A stretch of 57,913 nucleotides of DNA, the filler included, from Dimargaris cristalligena (Eukaryota), in NCBI GenBank assembly GCA_003614675.1. It is 3 parts of 3 records of this genome, joined end to end, with 100 filler letters (N's around TTAATTAATTAA, not from the genome) between each part and the next. Parts side by side here need not be neighbours in the genome. Positions count along the whole stretch, not along the records: positions 38,694 to 57,913 come from ML002734.1; 2 more parts are not named here. The stretch is one strand, 5' to 3'. Shown here in pieces: positions 52,063 to 57,913 of this stretch (position 1 is its first letter; each line of letters starts with the position of its first letter). Made by a program: the position numbers and the translations under genes. The notes beneath the pieces were generated by a model that saw nothing but the letters and a program-made list of their open reading frames with translations, did no database searches and had not been told where the DNA came from.

Positions 52063-53658
52063 GGTTGGTACCGCTCGTTACAGGCAATAGCTTGGGAAAA
52101 GGGAGGTAAGGGGAAAGAGTATTGCGACAAAAGATTGCCCCACCGGCCGAAGTGACGGTGTTATGAAACGGGATTAAAACTTGGGTTACAAACGAATGAG
52201 GAGGGTGCCGTGTGGAGGAGGTCTGCGCCACATTTCAGGTATTGCTGACTTAACAGAACTTTCAGCATGGTCCTCCTCATTCAACAAAAATGGGTAGTGC
52301 GACCCAACTGGACTACCCTATTCAGGTTACGCCACTTCCACCCCCCTCTTTCCCCAAGTTAGTCCCCACAGGGGGGGGGGCACCTTAATTGGGGAGTAGT
52401 GGGTATTGGTTTCCTATAAGCGAGCATAGGCGCAAAGGGGGCTGCCCAAATATCTTTTACGCTAGCCAAAGGGGCTTAAGAGGTGGATACTACGACATGA
52501 TTTGTCGACAATGTACACTATCCCAGACTAAGCTAAGGCCCCGGTGATGCCAAACACCGTTCCATGAAAGCTTGTGCGAGTGAGTAGTCTTCATACCGTT
52601 ATAGCTTGCAGTCATAGATTTCAATCTACGGACCCTTACTAAATTCTCTGGGTGCCAGATATCTGCATTGGAACCCATGAAATAGAGCCCTAAACCTGCA
52701 TCTTTCATTTAATAAGCTAGCACGGATGGATACCTGGCCAATTCCACAAGTGAAGATGATTTAAGGGTGATTGGAATGGGTGGTACAATCACAAATATCA
52801 CATCCCCAAGGGCAATGGCGATACCCCTTATGCCCAAATAGCTATGGCCCCACAGACTGCTATCCACATTTGTGTAAATTGCTTCAGCTATAAGTTTTAA
52901 AACAACCATGTTTCATTAGTATCCAAATCGTGGGGCCAAAACCATACCCACAAAGGCGGGCTGCAGAATATCTTTATAAACCACCTCACTCTGAACATCC
53001 CATTGGACAACTTAGTTGATAAAGAGTTATACAATGGTTAACCTAATAAATAGGGGGCCTTCTTGAGCTACCAGAGGAGTGGGGGACCTGGATATTTGCG
53101 TAGGTTAGCCAATGGAGTAGATCACTAGATGCAGCAGCAATACTTGACCAGTTGGCCTATTCCAAGGTGCAGTAGGAAGACATGGTAATAATAAGGGTAG
53201 GAGATATCACCAACCAGATACACATCACCCAGTTGAGCACTGCCATTGTGTAATAATTACATTGGCTTTAACTACCTTAACCTAGTGTCAGGGACTCTGG
53301 CTAATGGTTGAGCCCTAAACTCAAGCTAAAATCAAGTAGTGAGGTAACTACAATAACAATCCATGGCACTTCCTACTGTTAAACCAAAATACTATACTAT
53401 ATGTAAATTAGATCACAGACATTTTACTCTTATTAAAGTGTATTCTTGGGGATGTAAAAAAGAGGAGGGTAAGGCAGTGGGGCTGAAGACCTAGAAAAGC
53501 AGCCTTGTGGAGTATGATGTACAGTGTATATAAAGTCATCTACACTCAAGGCCTAGTGAGTCAGAGGTACTGATAGTTAGGGGTATTGCCACCAATGGGC
53601 CTACAGTGACTGCAGGGATATGATACATTCCCTGCTATTATTTGTAAGGGTTCTTGGA

Positions 53659-53910
53659 TCAGGTTTTCAAGTGTGCAGTCATAGCAGTAGACATGGCCAT
53701 GTATTCACAATAGGGACAAATCTGTTGTTTTGGTGAGGGGGCTTTTCCATGGTGAACAAGGTGGGGGTGGTGGGTATGGCTTGTGGAAGAGGATGAGACA
53801 ATAATATCACCATGAAGTGTGTCTGAACCCCCAGAGTGAGCTTGGCAGTCCTGTACTGATTTCAATGCCACAACAGTAATAATAGCAAGGGCAAAGGTGG
53901 GAAGTTGCAT
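53659..53910 (-). pseudogene. Small secreted-protein gene, probably degraded by CpG transitions
   Basis: ATG at 53910, signal peptide MQLPTFALAIITVVALKSVQDCQA, TATAAAAA at 54055-54048; lies inside a CpG-free tract. Pseudogene status is inferred. Confidence 0.5.
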
Positions 53911-56900
53911 GGTAGGTAGGGTGAGTGGGATGACAGAAAGAGTGTGGGGGTACTCACTGGTGGTCAGTAAGGTCAGATAAAAAGAGAGAGGCTTGCTATT
54001 GACTATTAGGTGGGCTACCATTCATAGGATTAGAGACTGGCTGTTGCTTTTTATAGCTTAGAGACCTCCACCATATGGCTTAAATATTTCAGCTTAGTGA
54101 ACTAAGTAAGCCAAGGCAGCTTGGACTGACTATTCACTCGCAGTCTGTATTATGCTGGAGTCAGGACTAGCCGGAGGTTGCTGAGCAAACTACATGAAAT
54201 GGGGTGTACATCCCAACACATATTCAAAAGCCGGATGTTTTACAAAGTGACTGGCAGGGGCTTGGGTCAGTTTAATTCACTGGTATCCAGGCTTGCAGGT
54301 TGTACTTGTGACCCTCTACCACGTGGTTTAGTGGAAGAGAGGCTCAGGAATGTAGTGGTGCTTGTAGCAGCAGCACATGTAATGCCAATTAAAAGAAAAA
54401 ATTAATGGTATTCATCAAAGGAGAAAGAAAGTGAATTCCCATTTCACACTCATTTTCACTGCTTGTTCAACCACACACTGGGAAAAAAGAGATACACTCT
54501 CTCATTTTTTTTGGACATGGCTGTATTATTTCTAGACTTACATGTCCAAAAGCTAATGGGATGCACACGCAAGTATAAAAAAAGGATATGCCATGTTGTA
54601 CCAAGAAAGTGGGATTCCCGTGGACAGTAAGTACATAATATGTATGACTTCTTTAAACTAATGCATACCATAATGACATGTCTACTCGAGACAGCGCCAA
54701 CCCTGTCAACCATTATTGGCATTAACCACTCAGTATCGCCCCAACTGTACCACAGCCGCACATGGTCGGATATCTCTAGCTGAAAATACCATGGAAAAGG
54801 GCTCGAAATTGAAATACTAGTCAGGCAGAAGGCCTTAGGGGAGTGTGCCCATCACCCTTGAAAGAGATATACCCGAATAATTGCAAGTTGGCTGTTCCAT
54901 CTCAACATCCCCCAATCGAGGAAGCCAGGCCCTTGGTGTCTATTCATTTGTAATATCCAAGCCAGCACCACACATGCCTAAAACTCTATCCCATTTAGAT
55001 ATTGCTGGATTGGTCTTCAGAATGAGCTGATTTAAGACATGGCTGGGTTAATGGCAAGCTCAACCATTAACCCAATAGCTATTATTCCAGTTGTATTTGA
55101 TTTTGCTCACTAGCATGATCTAAACCCGCAAATAATAGCGATGTTGGCCCTCCCAGTCCCTGGTTCCCAAAACTTTAAAACTGCTAAAGACCTATCGAAT
55201 AATGGCTACTCGGGATACTATAGTCCTTAGCCACCGGACAGGCCAGTTTGTTTCCTTAAAATCATCCCAACTACGTTGGGTCAATTGGTGGCACCGATTG
55301 GGTTGATTTTCCCACCTGTGCGCCATTTTGTATCATACTCTTGCTTCTGTCGGCATCACATACCGGGGCCTTGCTTGCTTGTGGGTTTTACGGTTCTGAC
55401 AATGGATCGGTTGGTCAGTAGTAGGGCGAATAAGAGGCCGTATTAGCAGCAAGACTTCTTCGGCATCACTTCCACTTCCTTGATTTTGATAGCTACCCAC
55501 GTACCAGCCGAATTGTGCTACCATAAGTCACTAAAAATGTTTCAGTTTCTTCCAACTAAATACCGACAGGCGCCTGCCATGCCTCCCCCATGCGTATTCC
55601 TTTCTGATCAAGCCACCCCTGGTCATTACCCAATGTAGTTAGTGTCACCCACCGGCTCATACATAGGCATACGGAGTCATAAAGCGTACTTACTCCTAGA
55701 CAATCCACTCCTACCAAAAACATTCCTCCCAGTGTCACCATTGAAGAGTAAACTGTGGATGCTGGAGAGCAAGAGATTTCCCCCGGGCATTACTGATCCC
55801 TAAACAGTCGACTGTTGTCAATGGGTTGATCTATATCTAGGAATATCGGAGCGCTATCAAAGTGGTTCATTAAGTCAATACCAGCGAAAAAAACACCAAA
55901 ACCATCCCCAATGAGATTTCCGCCCTATTAGACCGTGAACTAAGCGATATTCTTACTCGTTGAACATAATCATTCTCTTTATGGGGTGGGATTACCTTAC
56001 CTTTATAACTACCTCAGGAAAGAAAGTATGATTACCTTATCTCTTTTTTCTTTTCTTATCTGGACACATACCTAATCCTGTATTGTGTTTAAAAGTCCCC
56101 ATTCAATAATACTGGTACATGGGCCCCAAGAGACCCACCATGCAGCTGCCCCTCCCCCTTTGACAATTTATTTATTCATTCAAGTTGACATGCGTGGTGT
56201 ATCTCCAGTAAATAGAGGATATTCTTAAGAATAGGGATAAGAGACTCAACTATATTCGGCACATTCGATCTCCTGAACCTACGATATCCAATTAGGCAAA
56301 ACATGGTATTCACTACTGGCTACCTAGTAGCGTGTTGTGAATATCCTGAGCCCCCTAGCAACGTCGGGCCAAGGAAACGGGTGTTAGAGCGGCTATCCGG
56401 AAGCTTAGGCTAGCCATTCAATTTCCGAAACACTGAAAGGGCTATTTTGGTCAAGATAGTGATAGTGTTGAGACGATGAATTTGAAGGATAAACGTAAGC
56501 ACTTTCTAATGCAACTTAAAAAAATATAAAAGAGAGAAGGAGTCGCAAGGGGCAAAGCTAGACGCCCGCGGCTAGTTTTAATGATTTAGATAAAAGAAGT
56601 AATCAAGACAAACCAATGTCCCGAGTATGGGATGATGTAACCAATTATACGGAATCAGTGGGACGCGGGAAAAGAAATTCTAATAGATAGCTGATAGTTG
56701 AATTAATTCATGTCACTTAAAGTTATTTACAGAAGGCCACCCAGCTATAATTTTGTTTGTTTTCCCAACAGTAGCCCAATGGCCTCGGTGAATATTTATA
56801 ATCCCCAGGAGGACATTTTGAAGAAGCTATATCGTGTTTCTCATCTCTGGTTAGTACCAATGGCTTTACCTGTGGACTACGTAGAAATATGACTTCTACT

Positions 56901-57505
56901 TTAGTTATCTCGTGGCATCACAAATCTAATTGCGTCTTCATATCAGTGCCCCATTTTTTTTGGCGATTTTATAGTCAACATTGGATAGGAAACTACCCAA
57001 CCATTGCATAACGAATGACCGATTTCTCAGAAACATGGACAACTAAACACAGCGACATCTACTTACAAAGGCCAGAGCACATTTAACCAATGTAGGTAAC
57101 ACGCTCCACTGTTAATAGTGCAATCTGTTAGGTCGATGTTGGGGAAATGCCATTAAAAAGGCCAAGATCAACATAGTATTTATACATTATACTCGTGGAA
57201 GCCGCGGCAGCGTCACACGATATACCGAGGAAGAAGTGGGGATATAGTCAAGGGCTTTATTGAGTGCTTCATTGGACGACGGCTAGAAAGGTCCAGACAT
57301 GGGCTACATCTAATTCAGGCGGTATTTAGCCAAGTTCGCCGCATTAAACTTGGCACAGCAAGTGAGCGTCAACAAACTGCGATACATCTTTGGGAGAATA
57401 TAAAAACCCTATTGGCCCGCCACTCAGGTTACAGTATCTTCCCTCCCAGCACCGCTTGCCTCCATCTCAACCAATCCGCCCCTCTCATCCCCACCCACCC
57501 TTACC

Positions 57506-57733
57506 ATGCACTGCCTCTCGTTTACCAAGGTCCTCCTCATCGCGGTCATCGGCATTAGCACTACGGCCCAGGCCGATCCTGCCGCCTTTCCCCAACCTAC
57601 ACCTTATCTCGAGCGCCGGGGAGTTGCCCTTGACGGCCCCAGCCCTGTGTACGAGCATCCCCTAGGTTCAATAGGACTTATAGTAACCGCAGCCAACCCG
57701 CCCCGCGCCCTTCGTACTGCAACCGTGGATTAA
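57506..57733 (+). CDS. Small secreted protein (75 aa) with a dibasic processing site
   Basis: TATAAAA at 57399, pyrimidine-rich leader, signal peptide ending AQA, then YLERR-G. Confidence 0.55.
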   Translation: MHCLSFTKVLLIAVIGISTTAQADPAAFPQPTPYLERRGVALDGPSPVYEHPLGSIGLIVTAANPPRALRTATVD

Positions 57734-57913
57734 TAACCGTAAATGATGGCCATCGCCACACTTTAATTGGCCACCAGAATGGTAAAGGCACGCACTAGTT
57801 ATCTTCACCTTCCGATATTGATACATTTCCATATGTTTTCTGGCATTGACATCTATGACCTTCTCATTTTCCTAAGTTGTCCATATTTATCATTTAGATA
57901 GAACGGGCTCCGT

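Noticed and set aside
52490-52909. Two abutting same-frame minus-strand ORFs (possible readthrough or pseudogene)
   Set aside because: No recognisable domain or codon bias; compatible with chance.
53659-53721. CPYC...H pattern resembling a C2H2 zinc finger
   Set aside because: Spacing is off, the second His is missing, and the TGT codons may be mutated CGT.

Overview
Eukaryotic, intron-containing fungal DNA. It is three unrelated contigs (1-19259, 19360-38593, 38694-57913) joined by artificial N44-TTAATTAATTAA-N44 spacers, so adjacency across the spacers means nothing. The gene set (type III glutamine synthetase, BRAT1, stand-alone LYS9, DASH subunit) suggests an early-diverging fungus; Zoopagomycota-like is my inference. 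Contig 1: 5' part of NADH glutamate synthase (GLT1), about 12 kb with no recognisable gene, a secreted Gly/Asn-repeat protein and the N-terminal part of a Bck1/Mkh1-type MAPKKK. Contig 2: cellular RNA-dependent RNA polymerase, Hsk3-like DASH subunit, a Pro-rich coiled-coil protein, FAD synthetase, a secreted Ppn2-like metallophosphoesterase and a partial GSIII. Contig 3: partial intron-containing tRNA-Tyr, ARC1, BRAT1, LYS9, RVB2, PAN6 and two small secreted-protein ORFs. Best leads: (1) a nested RNA structure with a candidate poison exon in the unusually long GSIII intron; (2) a 1-kb tract with zero CpG over a small secreted-protein gene; (3) an in-frame, presequence-like alternative start inside the ARC1 intron; (4) a 136-bp MITE family; (5) a TATATGCGC motif shared by amino-acid/nitrogen gene promoters. 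All splice models and pairings were worked out by eye.
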